NCBI GenBank assembly: GCA_903959355.1
Contig: CAJBWJ010000025.1
Location: 1-62,864 of the forward strand
Source of the DNA: an uncultured bacterium
GTDB lineage: Bacteria; Patescibacteriota; Microgenomatia; UBA1400; PJMF01
Length of the DNA stretch: 62,864 nucleotides
Reading direction: 5' to 3'
The stretch's first letter is position 1; each line of letters starts with the position of its first letter. The notes beneath the pieces are model-generated. The model worked only from the letters and a program-made list of their open reading frames with translations, ran no database searches and was not told where the DNA came from. The translations under genes were made by a program, and so were the position numbers. Shown here piece after piece: positions 8,649 through 18,400 of this stretch.

Positions 8649-9332
8649 TTAGAAATGAATTAAAAGCACCATGCCCCAGATAGCCTGTACCAAGATCAGC
8701 AAATAAGCATTGCGCCTTTTGTAAAAAATTAAGGCCTGACCACAGGCAAAAGCAAAAATTAACATAATTTGCAAAATAACCTCTGAAAGACTAAAGCGAG
8801 CAAAAATATTTGGCAGATGAAAAATAAGAAAAATTAGAGCCACCAGAATAACTCTCTTTAGAAGAGAAAAATGACTAAATTTGCTATCAATAATAATCAT
8901 CACAAAACTATAAAAGAACAAAGTCTCCCAAAAACCAGTCATGATTGCCAAAAACATCTCTTTCCAAAACCAGTCCGCAAAATAATAAGGAACCAAGGCT
9001 ACACTTCCGCCTCGATTTAAGGCTCCAAGTAATGCTCCTGAGAAACCAAAAATACCGCCGATTGCTAATCCAAGCAGTAAACCTGGCTTAATTTTCTTAA
9101 AAGAAAGGGTTTCAAAAATTTCTTTATTACCAGAAATCGAAACGTAAAGCAAAACAGGCAAAGCAAAAAAAACTAACTTACCAACAGTTTCATCAAACCA
9201 AACTGGAAAATGAAAAACACTTCTATAAAAAAACCACATAAGAAAAGTTAAAACCAAAATCGGCAAGAAAGCCTCATGCTTACTTGAGCTGATGGCTTCA
9301 ATTTTCTTTTTGTTATTTTTTTTCGATGGCAT
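8649..9332 (-). CDS. polytopic membrane protein, CPBP/Abi (CAAX protease)-like with degenerate catalytic motifs
   Basis: 227 aa with about 6-7 TM helices. Motif-like strings WETLFFYSF (in place of EExxxR), FLIFHLPN (FxxxH present) and QAIWG (in place of HxxxN). Confidence 0.45.
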   Translation of the reverse strand: MPSKKNNKKKIEAISSSKHEAFLPILVLTFLMWFFYRSVFHFPVWFDETVGKLVFFALPVLLYVSISGNKEIFETLSFKKIKPGLLLGLAIGGIFGFSGALLGALNRGGSVALVPYYFADWFWKEMFLAIMTGFWETLFFYSFVMIIIDSKFSHFSLLKRVILVALIFLIFHLPNIFARFSLSEVILQIMLIFAFACGQALIFYKRRNAYLLILVQAIWGMVLLIHF

Positions 9333-9936
9333 CTAGAACCATTTGTAAAGTCTTTTCTTTATTATTAGAAAAAGTATCAATAACTAAATCGTAAAGCTCG
9401 TCGCGCCAAAAATCAATTGGCTCTGTCTGTGACACTTTTCCAGTTGCTACTACCCACTCCTGCCATTCTTTCGAATACATGCGCTGCCATTTTGCCAAAT
9501 TACCCTGGTAGCGATTATGAATGCTTTCTTTAGCTTCCATAACATCGACCCCATCACGATTGACGATTCTATCAATTCTAACAGCATCATCACTGCAGGT
9601 CATTAAAACTTTGAGGGTTCCTGGAATATTTTGTGCCATAAAACCTGAAAGCCAAGATTCAATGATCCAGTTTTCCTGATCAGCGACTTTTTCACGCATT
9701 CCATAATCAACTTGACGATCAAATTCATCATTATATACAGAAGCACTATGATGAGCGGATTGATCAGGATTAAATAAGCCTTTCTCGATTGCATAGGCAC
9801 GCATGAATTCACCGCCTGAAAAACCAGACCAACCTTCTGGATTTAATCTGTCTCTTAATTCTTTTAGAAGAGTCGTAGAACCACAGCCTGGTAAACCAGA
9901 AATAGTAATATTTTTATAGTTATATTGCATTGCCAT
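9313..9936 (-). CDS. P-loop nucleotide kinase-like protein (cytidylate-kinase-like/AAA family)
   Basis: Walker A ITISGLPGCGSTTL at the N-terminus. 207 aa, with size and layout of small nucleoside-monophosphate kinases. Overlaps both neighbours (17 and 20 nt). Confidence 0.65.
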   Translation of the reverse strand: MAMQYNYKNITISGLPGCGSTTLLKELRDRLNPEGWSGFSGGEFMRAYAIEKGLFNPDQSAHHSASVYNDEFDRQVDYGMREKVADQENWIIESWLSGFMAQNIPGTLKVLMTCSDDAVRIDRIVNRDGVDVMEAKESIHNRYQGNLAKWQRMYSKEWQEWVVATGKVSQTEPIDFWRDELYDLVIDTFSNNKEKTLQMVLDAIEKK

Positions 9937-10420
9937 AATTTTGCCTTTTATCTAACTTATTAGCTACTGCTTGCATCGCTTCTTCCATTACTTTTATTCT
10001 TTTGCATGCTTCATCAAAATCAAGAAATTCTTCGCAATCAGAAAAATAATGAAAAACACGATTACGACAAGTGAGCCATGTCTCCCAAAGTTGACGGGCC
10101 ATTTCCTCACCAAACCTCACCGAGACATTGTCATAAAGCCAGTCATCATCTCTTTGATAAGATCGGATGTCTGGATTTAATGCTCTACCAATACGAAAAC
10201 GACGACCTTCATAAGTTTCTTTGCTAATTAATTGCAAATCTAAAAAAAGCTTCTTTAGAAAACCCTCATAAGCTTTGGCCATTGGAAAAACAATAAAAGA
10301 ATAATCTTTCAGACCGACTAGTTCATTTTTTTTATTTGTGAGAGAAAAACTGACATTAACTAATTCACGTTGGCATTCATCTAAGTATTCATACCAAGGC
10401 GAGTTCTTTTGTAGTTCCAT
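9920..10420 (-). CDS. hypothetical protein, possible HEPN-like (Rx4H) fold
   Basis: 166 aa, all-helical character. AKAYEGFLKK acidic motif plus CRNRVFH (R-x4-H) near the C-terminus, as in HEPN RNases. The functional call is tentative. Confidence 0.35.
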   Translation of the reverse strand: MELQKNSPWYEYLDECQRELVNVSFSLTNKKNELVGLKDYSFIVFPMAKAYEGFLKKLFLDLQLISKETYEGRRFRIGRALNPDIRSYQRDDDWLYDNVSVRFGEEMARQLWETWLTCRNRVFHYFSDCEEFLDFDEACKRIKVMEEAMQAVANKLDKRQNYGNAI

Positions 10421-10513
10421 GGGATGATTATAATAGAATAATCAAGAAATATAAACATTGATCTACTAAAATAAAAATACCTTGATTACAAGATTAAGGT
10501 ATAATGGTTTATC

Positions 10514-12889
10514 ATGAATCCTTTCCGTCTGGTACAGCAAAAAAAAGCAAAATTAAAAAAAGCCTCTGGCCTTTCGTTTGCTGTTCTGTGGAAAAAAATA
10601 AAAACAGACAGACTCTTTCAAATTGCTTTAGCTTTAATTTTTTTAGCTTTTTCCTCAATTCTTATTTATCTATACAGTCAACTGCCTTCACCAAGTAATT
10701 TAACTTCTAATGAAAATTTTCCAGTTAGCTCTCAAATTTTTGATAGAAATGGAAAATTACTCTATGAGATATATGGCAACGAAAATCGCATTCCAGTTAA
10801 AATTGTTGATTTACCAAAATATGTTCTTCAAGCAACCATAGCTATAGAAGATAAAAAGTTTTATTCGCATCATGGTCTAGATGTCAGAGGTTTATTACGT
10901 GCTGGAATTAATAATTTTAGTGGTGGAGATACTCAAGGCGGCTCAACTATTACTCAGCAGTTAGTCAAAAATGCTTTACTTAGCAAAGAAAAAACTCTAA
11001 CTCGTAAAGCCAAGGAAGCAGTTTTAGCTATTATGACCGAAGTTATATATAGTAAGGACGAAATCTTAGAGATGTATCTTAATTACATTTCTTATGGAGG
11101 CACTGCTGTTGGTATTGAAGCAGCAGCCAATAAATATTTTGATAAATCAGCTAAAGATTTAACTTTAGCAGAAGCTTCACTTCTTGCTGGTCTACCTCAA
11201 TCTCCTACAACTTATTCTCCTTTTGGTTCAAATCCAGAAAAAGGCAAAGCCCGTCAAAAAGAAGTTTTGCGTCGCATGGCAGAAGACAAATACATAAGTA
11301 ATACAGAAGCAGCAGCAGCTGAAAGCGAAGTTCTGACTTATGCCATCAAAAGAAATGATATTAAAGCTCCGCATTTTGTTTTTTATATAAAAGACTTACT
11401 TTACTCTAAATATGGCGAAAAAATGGTTGAAACTGGTGGATTGAGAGTCAAAACTACTCTTGATCTAGATTTACAAGAAACTGCTCAAGCTTCTTTATCC
11501 AGTGAATTAACTAAATTAGCTAGTTTGAAAGTTGGCAATGGAGCTGCCATCGTCATAAAACCAAACACTGGAGAAATTCTCACCATGATTGGTTCAAAAG
11601 ATTATTTTAATAGCGAAGGTGATGGTCAAGTTAATGTTGTTTTGTCACTACGTCAACCAGGATCATCGATCAAACCATTAATGTATGCCACTACTTTTGC
11701 AGAAAAAACCCTCAATCCAGGCTCAATGCTTTTGGATGTCCCGACTTGTTTCAAAGTCGCAGGTCAAAAAGAATATTGTCCAAAAAATTATAACGGTGGT
11801 TTCTCTGGTCCAGTCACAATTCGCCAATCACTTGGCAATTCACTTAATATTCCAGCCGTCAAAGCTCTTTCTACCATTGGTGTAGGAAAATTCATGGATC
11901 AAGCCAAAGCTATGGGTATTAATACTTGGACTGATCCAGCTAATTATGGATTATCTCTCACTTTGGGTGGTGGCGAAGTAAAAATGATTGAACTAGCTGA
12001 AGCTTTTGGTGTTTTGGCCAATCAAGGCGTCAGAGTTCCACTAACTGGCATCTTGGAAATTAGTAATTACAAAGGCGAAATTTTAGAAACATATGATCCA
12101 GAAATTACTAAATCTGACCTAGCTTATCTTTATGAAAATGAATTATCAGTAGAACAAGGTCAGCTAAAAAGAGTTATGGAAAGAGCTCCAGCTTATCTAA
12201 CTAGCCACATCATGCAAGATAATAATGCCCGCCAAGCAGCTTTTGGTTCAAATTCTGAACTAGTAATTAAAAATAAAATCGTATCTGCCAAAACCGGCAC
12301 CACCAATGATCTGAGAGATAACTGGACCGTGGGCTATACTCCAGAATATTTAACCATTGCCTGGGTTGGTAACAACGATAGTAAATCGATGAGTTATTTA
12401 GCTTCTGGTATCACTGGAGCTGCCCCAATTTGGCACGATATTATGCAATATATTTTGCAAGACAAAGAAACCATTTGGCCAGAAAAACCAGCCGATGTAA
12501 AAGTTGGTAATGTTTGTTTGACTGGAATGCCAGCCAAAGATGGTCTTGGACAAATAATGGTAACTAGTGGCGACAATGAAACTAGTGTTGGCGTAGTGAA
12601 TGGCGAGACCGATCCAATTGCCAGTTGCGAATCTAGAGGACAAGAACTGTACTGGGAAAGTTCCAAACCTAGTTATTCAGGCACTTTCCGTAAAGAATAT
12701 TGGATTAGAGCTGAAACTGGCTTACCACCAAAAGAAGGCGAACAAGCTAGCGATTTGAAGCTTGAGTCACATAGTTTCTATTACGATCCTCTAACCAAAC
12801 TTTACTGCGGAGACTGCGTGAGACTAGTTGATGATAAAGGCAAGATTATTTATGAACAAAATGTAATTGATGTCAAAAATATTCTTTAG
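10514..12889 (+). CDS. class A penicillin-binding protein (PBP1A-type), paralog of 2479-4932
   Basis: GT51 motifs IEDKKFYSHHG and GGSTITQQ. SxxK (GSSIKP) and KTG (AKTGTTN). N-terminal TM. About 60% identical by eye to the other PBP across the GT51 domain. Confidence 0.9.
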   Translation: MNPFRLVQQKKAKLKKASGLSFAVLWKKIKTDRLFQIALALIFLAFSSILIYLYSQLPSPSNLTSNENFPVSSQIFDRNGKLLYEIYGNENRIPVKIVDLPKYVLQATIAIEDKKFYSHHGLDVRGLLRAGINNFSGGDTQGGSTITQQLVKNALLSKEKTLTRKAKEAVLAIMTEVIYSKDEILEMYLNYISYGGTAVGIEAAANKYFDKSAKDLTLAEASLLAGLPQSPTTYSPFGSNPEKGKARQKEVLRRMAEDKYISNTEAAAAESEVLTYAIKRNDIKAPHFVFYIKDLLYSKYGEKMVETGGLRVKTTLDLDLQETAQASLSSELTKLASLKVGNGAAIVIKPNTGEILTMIGSKDYFNSEGDGQVNVVLSLRQPGSSIKPLMYATTFAEKTLNPGSMLLDVPTCFKVAGQKEYCPKNYNGGFSGPVTIRQSLGNSLNIPAVKALSTIGVGKFMDQAKAMGINTWTDPANYGLSLTLGGGEVKMIELAEAFGVLANQGVRVPLTGILEISNYKGEILETYDPEITKSDLAYLYENELSVEQGQLKRVMERAPAYLTSHIMQDNNARQAAFGSNSELVIKNKIVSAKTGTTNDLRDNWTVGYTPEYLTIAWVGNNDSKSMSYLASGITGAAPIWHDIMQYILQDKETIWPEKPADVKVGNVCLTGMPAKDGLGQIMVTSGDNETSVGVVNGETDPIASCESRGQELYWESSKPSYSGTFRKEYWIRAETGLPPKEGEQASDLKLESHSFYYDPLTKLYCGDCVRLVDDKGKIIYEQNVIDVKNIL

Positions 12890-14093
12890 TATTTTTCTAT
12901 TCTTACTGCTAGTTCTCGTAACTCTAATTTCTATTAATGTTTTTTATGACGCTCCATTATTTTCTTCGATCAACAATAATAGTCGTTTGCGCTATCTCAA
13001 AGAATTAATTATTCCAAAAAAAGACCATAAAGTCGTTTATGGATTCTTGCCATACTGGAATATCAATGATTTTAAGATAGAAAAAGAACTAACTCATCTG
13101 TCTTTTTTTGGCCTCAACATCGCCGCCAATGGTGAGATTTCTACCAAAGATGGTGACGGGAATCTCGATCCAGGATACAGAATCATCAATGATGACAAAT
13201 TTTTCGATCTCATAGAACAAATGAAAGCACAAAATGGACAAGTGGAACTTGTTCTCAAGCAATTTGAGCCAGATACGATCACTGCTTTTATTAATGACGA
13301 GAAAGCTCATCTTAAATTTTTTCAAAGCCTAGATTCATTACTACTCGCTTATCCTATCTCTGGAATCAATATTGATATTGAATATGGTGGCGAAAATAGC
13401 CAGGCTCTTCGAGAAAATTATGTTAAATTCATGCGTAAGCTGGACTGGTATTTAGACACTAAATATAAAAACATTAAAATTAGCATCGATGTCTATGCAA
13501 GTGCTGCCAGCAGTGATCAGACAATATGGGATATCAAAGCGCTTAGTCAATATGTCGATTACATCGTTGTCATGGCCTATGACTTTCAACAAAGAGGCAG
13601 TGACCAAGCTGGACCAGTGGCGCCTTTATTCAGCGAAGACGGCAACTGGAACAAAGACATTAATCAAAATTTAAAAATGTTTTTAGATCAAGCTCCAAGA
13701 GAAAAGATTTTGCTTGGAATTCCTTTTTATGGCTATGGTTGGCAAACTGATTCTATTAATCCAAAAGCCAATGCTTATAAAGACACTGGCTTTACAGTTA
13801 GTTATAAAAAAGCCAAAGATTTATTAAATTTAAGTGAAGGGAAAAGTGCCAGTGACAGCACCTGGCTTGGAGCCACTCAAATTAAAAAATCTTTTGATAA
13901 TGATGCCTTGTCCCCATACATAACCTATAAGCAAGATGGCGAACTCTATACTATTTATTATGAGGATCCTCAATCAATAGCCTATAAATTGGAATATGCC
14001 AGACAATTAGATTTAGCCGGTATTGCTATCTGGGCACTTGGTTATGAAGACAATAATCGAGAACTCTGGCAAGCCATTGCTGATGGCATCTAA
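12870..14093 (+). CDS. glycoside hydrolase family 18 protein (chitinase/YaaH-like), TM-anchored
   Basis: GH18 catalytic strand SGINIDIEY (DxxDxDxE-type with the Glu retained), then AYDF and a GIAIWALG-type end. Overlaps the PBP stop by 20 nt. The track start 12867 is TTG and the adjacent ATG is at 12870. Confidence 0.75.
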   Translation: MSKIFFSIFLFLLLVLVTLISINVFYDAPLFSSINNNSRLRYLKELIIPKKDHKVVYGFLPYWNINDFKIEKELTHLSFFGLNIAANGEISTKDGDGNLDPGYRIINDDKFFDLIEQMKAQNGQVELVLKQFEPDTITAFINDEKAHLKFFQSLDSLLLAYPISGINIDIEYGGENSQALRENYVKFMRKLDWYLDTKYKNIKISIDVYASAASSDQTIWDIKALSQYVDYIVVMAYDFQQRGSDQAGPVAPLFSEDGNWNKDINQNLKMFLDQAPREKILLGIPFYGYGWQTDSINPKANAYKDTGFTVSYKKAKDLLNLSEGKSASDSTWLGATQIKKSFDNDALSPYITYKQDGELYTIYYEDPQSIAYKLEYARQLDLAGIAIWALGYEDNNRELWQAIADGI

Positions 14094-14114
14094 GATTTCA
14101 CTCAAAAGAAATAA

Positions 14115-14870
14115 TTACCAAATTTCGTAAGTTACAGAGACTACTTTGGACACTTCGATTTTTTCTGGAGCAGCAGCTAAGAAATCTGACATTACTGCAT
14201 TGCCGCCTTGTTCTTGAGATGAAACCGTACCAGCAGCTTCACTCAGATCGTCAGTGATTGTTACGATACGACCTACTCTTTTACCAGCAGCTTGAGCGAT
14301 TCTTTTAGCTTGCTCACGAGCATCTTTGAGAGCGGCACGGCGAGCTTCTTGAGTCACATCTTCTTGTTTGTCTGGTAAAAAACTAACATTGTTGATAGTA
14401 ATTGCACCTTTAGTGTAGAGTGTTTTGATCAACTCTGAAGTTTTGGCTGGTTCAGAACTAGATAGCTTAAAAACATTGACTACTTGATACAACTTATCAC
14501 CACCAACTACAGTTGGAGTGATTTGATAAAAGGCACGCTGAATATCTGGACTAAGTAAAATTTTCTTACTTTCATCGATGAGAAGCTTAGTGTTGTTTTC
14601 ACCCTGATTGACAGCTACCACCGGATCTACACTCGAATCAACTCTGGAGACTGTCATTTCAACTTTAGCTGGAGCCACCTGCAATTTGCCTTTGCCAACT
14701 ACAGTAATAGCCGCTGGTTTGAAAAAAAGTTGTTGAATCAAAAAAAGAGAAACTACAGCTGCTGCGCCGATCATTAATTTCTTTTTATTTTGAGTAAAAA
14801 AATTAATAGCTACTTCACTATTAATATGTGCAATAGGTGCAATTGGAAAATTATTTGGGATTTGAGTCAT
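14115..14870 (-). CDS. SIMPL/DUF541-like periplasmic protein, TM-anchored
   Basis: 251 aa. N-terminal TM, then a two-lobed alpha/beta pattern with AALKDAREQAKRIAQAAGKRVGRIVTITD, typical of SIMPL-domain proteins. Confidence 0.6.
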   Translation of the reverse strand: MTQIPNNFPIAPIAHINSEVAINFFTQNKKKLMIGAAAVVSLFLIQQLFFKPAAITVVGKGKLQVAPAKVEMTVSRVDSSVDPVVAVNQGENNTKLLIDESKKILLSPDIQRAFYQITPTVVGGDKLYQVVNVFKLSSSEPAKTSELIKTLYTKGAITINNVSFLPDKQEDVTQEARRAALKDAREQAKRIAQAAGKRVGRIVTITDDLSEAAGTVSSQEQGGNAVMSDFLAAAPEKIEVSKVVSVTYEIW

Positions 14871-14954
14871 ACTTTTTGCCTTTTCACTAACGAGTACCAG
14901 TTTAACCTATTTTCGTTTCAAGCAAAAGCAGAAAAAAATTGTTATACTAACTTT

Positions 14955-15464
14955 ATGCTGCAATTTAAAGGACTTTTCCAAAAAACTTTTGCTAATCCAA
15001 AAGTAGCCATTCTAATCGGTTCACTTGATAAATTCTTCATTAAATTGCCACATTTGCCAAAAAATATTCGCGTTCTGATCAATAAAATTATTCCGTTTTT
15101 GATTTTAATTTTTGGCATCATTGGTCTAATTGCCAGTATATTAACTGGATTTTTCCTGATTTTGGCCATTATTTCTTTAGACTGGGTAGTTATTCCAGAA
15201 ATCATTGGCAGTTTTGCTTTAGTACTACTAGATACATTGTTTTTACTCAAAGCTTTTAAACCTTTACGCAGTGGCAACGCTGTTGGCTGGATCTATCTTT
15301 TCTGGGCAGAAACACTAGAAATTGTCAATTTTATCATTCGAGTTGTAAATAAAGAAACAAATGTCTTCCTTGGAATAGGTGTGATTCTTTTAAGCTTTTA
15401 TTTGCTTTTTGAAATTGGGCAATTTTACGTTTATAAAAAAAGTGGAACTCCTACTTCTATTTAA
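14955..15464 (+). CDS. integral membrane protein (4 TM), unknown function
   Basis: The track ORF 14790-15464 overlaps the divergent gene by 80 nt. The in-frame ATG at 14955 (MLQFKGLF..) removes the overlap. TATACT lies 6 nt upstream. Confidence 0.55.
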   Translation: MLQFKGLFQKTFANPKVAILIGSLDKFFIKLPHLPKNIRVLINKIIPFLILIFGIIGLIASILTGFFLILAIISLDWVVIPEIIGSFALVLLDTLFLLKAFKPLRSGNAVGWIYLFWAETLEIVNFIIRVVNKETNVFLGIGVILLSFYLLFEIGQFYVYKKSGTPTSI

Positions 15465-15483
15465 GTTTCCTGATTATTTAAAT

Positions 15484-18400
15484 TTATTGGTTTTCAACTG
15501 GTTGAACAAGCTCATATTGTGAAGAATTGTAAAAATATTCAATCTCTTGTCCATTACTAATAGCTCCAGCAAAACCAATTTCAACTGAATTATCTTCGAT
15601 AGGAGATTCACTGTCAAAATTAAGTCTACCTGCCTGAGCTGAAGATGGATAAAAAACGCCAGATTGTTCATTAGTTTGGCCAGTCCCAGGAGCAACCATA
15701 GCTATATGTCCCCTGGTTATAGCTATTGTAGGAATTCCTTGATTAGCCATTTCTTGAGCTTTTAAAGCAGAAGTAGATTGCCAACCTAAATCCTGTGCCA
15801 ATGGTTCTTCTAACCATTCTAGAGTAGTCGTCGCTGTCATCTTCTCACCATTTTTCCATCTTGGAATATAAACTCCAAGGGCACTTGTGACATCTGAAAC
15901 ATAGATATTACAAAAAGTTGTATCAGATGCTCGACGATAACGAAGACTTTCATCAACATTGAATAATTGTAAAGTTTTTAAATAATCATTAACATTTCTA
16001 TTAGTTGCGTACTCTGGGAAAATACTAGTATCTATCGGGTTCCACTCATCTCTGTCTATCAACATCAATGTTCCATCAGGCATGTATTTATATTTTGCAT
16101 AAGGATCCTCAACAACATATTCATCTGGCAAAGCAGTGTTCAAAATAACAGTTTTAACTTCAACTGGAGGTTGTGCTGCTATTGAAGTTGGAGATGGAGA
16201 TGGAGACGGTGACAAAGAAACACTTGGAGACGGAGATGGCGACGGTGACAAAGAAACACTTGGAGACGGAGATGGCGACGGTGATGCAGTTAAAGTCGGA
16301 CTAATAGTTTCTACAATTTGAGTTGGAGATGTTTGATTTGAAACAGTTTCTAATTGAGCATTAATTGTTTGAGAATAAATTGTAAGAAATACTCCAAGGC
16401 CAATAGATAAACCTCCTATTCCTAGTAAAATCTTTTTCCAAAAACCACTAATTAAATCATCATTTTCTGTACTTGGGGCTACAGAAGGAGATGGAGTAAC
16501 TGCGCTAGGTGATAAAGAAACACTTGGAGATGGAGACACACTAGGATCAATTGCTACTGAAACGGATGGGCTTACTGAAGGACTAACATCAACTTTTTCT
16601 TCTATTTTTTTACTGTCTTTGGTTAAACTAGAAATTTTTTCTACTAGTTCATCAAAAAATATTCTTTGTCTGGTAGAAATCGCAAAATCTCGCAAAAAGA
16701 CTCTTATCGAACTGATTCCACTTGAAATAACAGTATTTTGTAATTCAAGTAAACTCCCACTGATGATAATTCTTTCAAATTTTCCATCTTTTCCTTCTTT
16801 AAAGAAGGCCCATGATTGAAGTCCCTCTATATCTTTGCTGACATTGCCAAACAATAAATCTGCCACATCTTCAACTTCATCAGAAGTTAGATCTTTATAT
16901 TTAACAGTTGAGCCAAAACCGAAGATGCCACCTTCTCTGATACTCATTTTCTTACTATTAAGCATTTCTTCAGCCAGAATCGTGGCTCTATAAACAGAAT
17001 CTATAGCACTATCAACATCTGCTCTGGTCTTTCTGATCATGGCCTCACGAGTATTTATCCAAGCATTAAGATACAACTGCACACACTGATTTTGCATGCC
17101 ATGAGCATTAACCACCTGATTACGAGTGTCGCCTAATTGCTTTATAGCTGCTTTTTTCTTAGCTTCTGCCTGTTTAGCTAGATCTGCTGCTTTTGTTTGA
17201 TCTCCAGCTGTTTCGGCTATTAAAGCTTGTTCATTGAGAGCATTGGCTTCGGCCATTAAATTATCAGAAATTTGCACACCATTTTTAGTAGCTTCGCGAA
17301 CTTGAGCACAATCAGAGCACAAATCATTAAAAGCTAAGCTATCAGCATTAGACATCTCTCCCTGGAAAGATCCTGGGTTTGTGCCATGAGCTATGGCATC
17401 AATAAATTCATAACGAAGTGGAGCAACTTGCTTGAGATATTCTGGAGCAACTGAATACAAAGCTATAACATCTGCTAAATCTTCAGTTACAGCACGATCG
17501 TGTTGATCTCCACCAGCATCCTTGTAAGAATAATAGGCTTTCGCATAGTCAGTTGGTGGCAATTCAGTTGAACCTTTAGTTGAACCATAAAAATTATTAT
17601 CAAAAGAAGTAAGTAGTCTTGATTTGACGTAATTGCCATTAGCATCTTTTTCATATTTAATGATGTGACCAATTTCATGAATTAAAGCTGCTATAGATGC
17701 CTTATCTGACAAACCAATGTTAGATAATATCTTCTGCAAATGACTCTTCGTTTCATAATCAGATGTAAATTTAATAGATCCAAGCCACTGACCATTACTC
17801 AGAATCTCACTACCAGAAATTCCATAATAACTTTCACCACCATCAATTGTGCCAGGCTCCATTTTTTCTAATCTTATTTGATCAGTTTGCAGATAAGAAT
17901 AAAAAGGCGCTACCTTTTCGAAAGCAGATTGATAAGCAGATAAGTCTTTAGAATTAATTGATTGACTGTATTCTGCAAAATAAAAACCAACTTTTTGATT
18001 ATTACTATTAACAAAAGTTAATTCTGGTATATTTTCAGCATCCAACACTTTATTAGTTTTAGAAGAGTTGAAAAAAGATGCTGTTAAAGAGTCTGGGGCC
18101 GCTGTACTTAAAGAGCCATTTACCTTAGAAACTGTAGAAATGTCGCCTTGCGAATCTGACTGGGAAACAACAGTTGGAGAATAAATCTTGAAAGCTAACT
18201 TAGATATTTCTGTAATAATTCCAGGAGTAACATTATATTGTGTCTTATTGTCCAAGGCATTATAAATAACAATCGTATAGGCATCGCCATTTGGAAGTGT
18301 CACTATTGCAACATCTGAAGCTGTGAAAATGTCATCCTCTAAAACTGTCCCTGTTTTGTGAGCCATTTTGGCTTTAATTTCTGCTGTCAATCCAGCTCCA

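Noticed and set aside
10421-10513. Canonical -35/-10 promoter for PBP1A-B using TTGATT (10482-10487) with TATAAT (10500-10505).
   Set aside because: The spacer would be only 12 nt. I keep only the -10 observation (see the leaderless finding) and do not call a full promoter.
14790-14954. 5' extension of the 224-aa ORF, overlapping the divergent SIMPL-like gene by 80 nt.
   Set aside because: The extension runs through the start region of the opposite-strand gene and its promoter space. The in-frame ATG at 14955, with a -10-like TATACT upstream, gives a sensible membrane protein.
16136-16321. Plus-strand ORF encoding GDGDGDGDKETLGDGDGD..., and a periodic DNA repeat that could superficially suggest a CRISPR-like array.
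   Set aside because: It is the reverse complement of the Pro/Ser linker of the giant gene. There are only two contiguous 36-bp units with no spacers, so it is an in-frame coding tandem duplication, not a CRISPR array or a separate gene.
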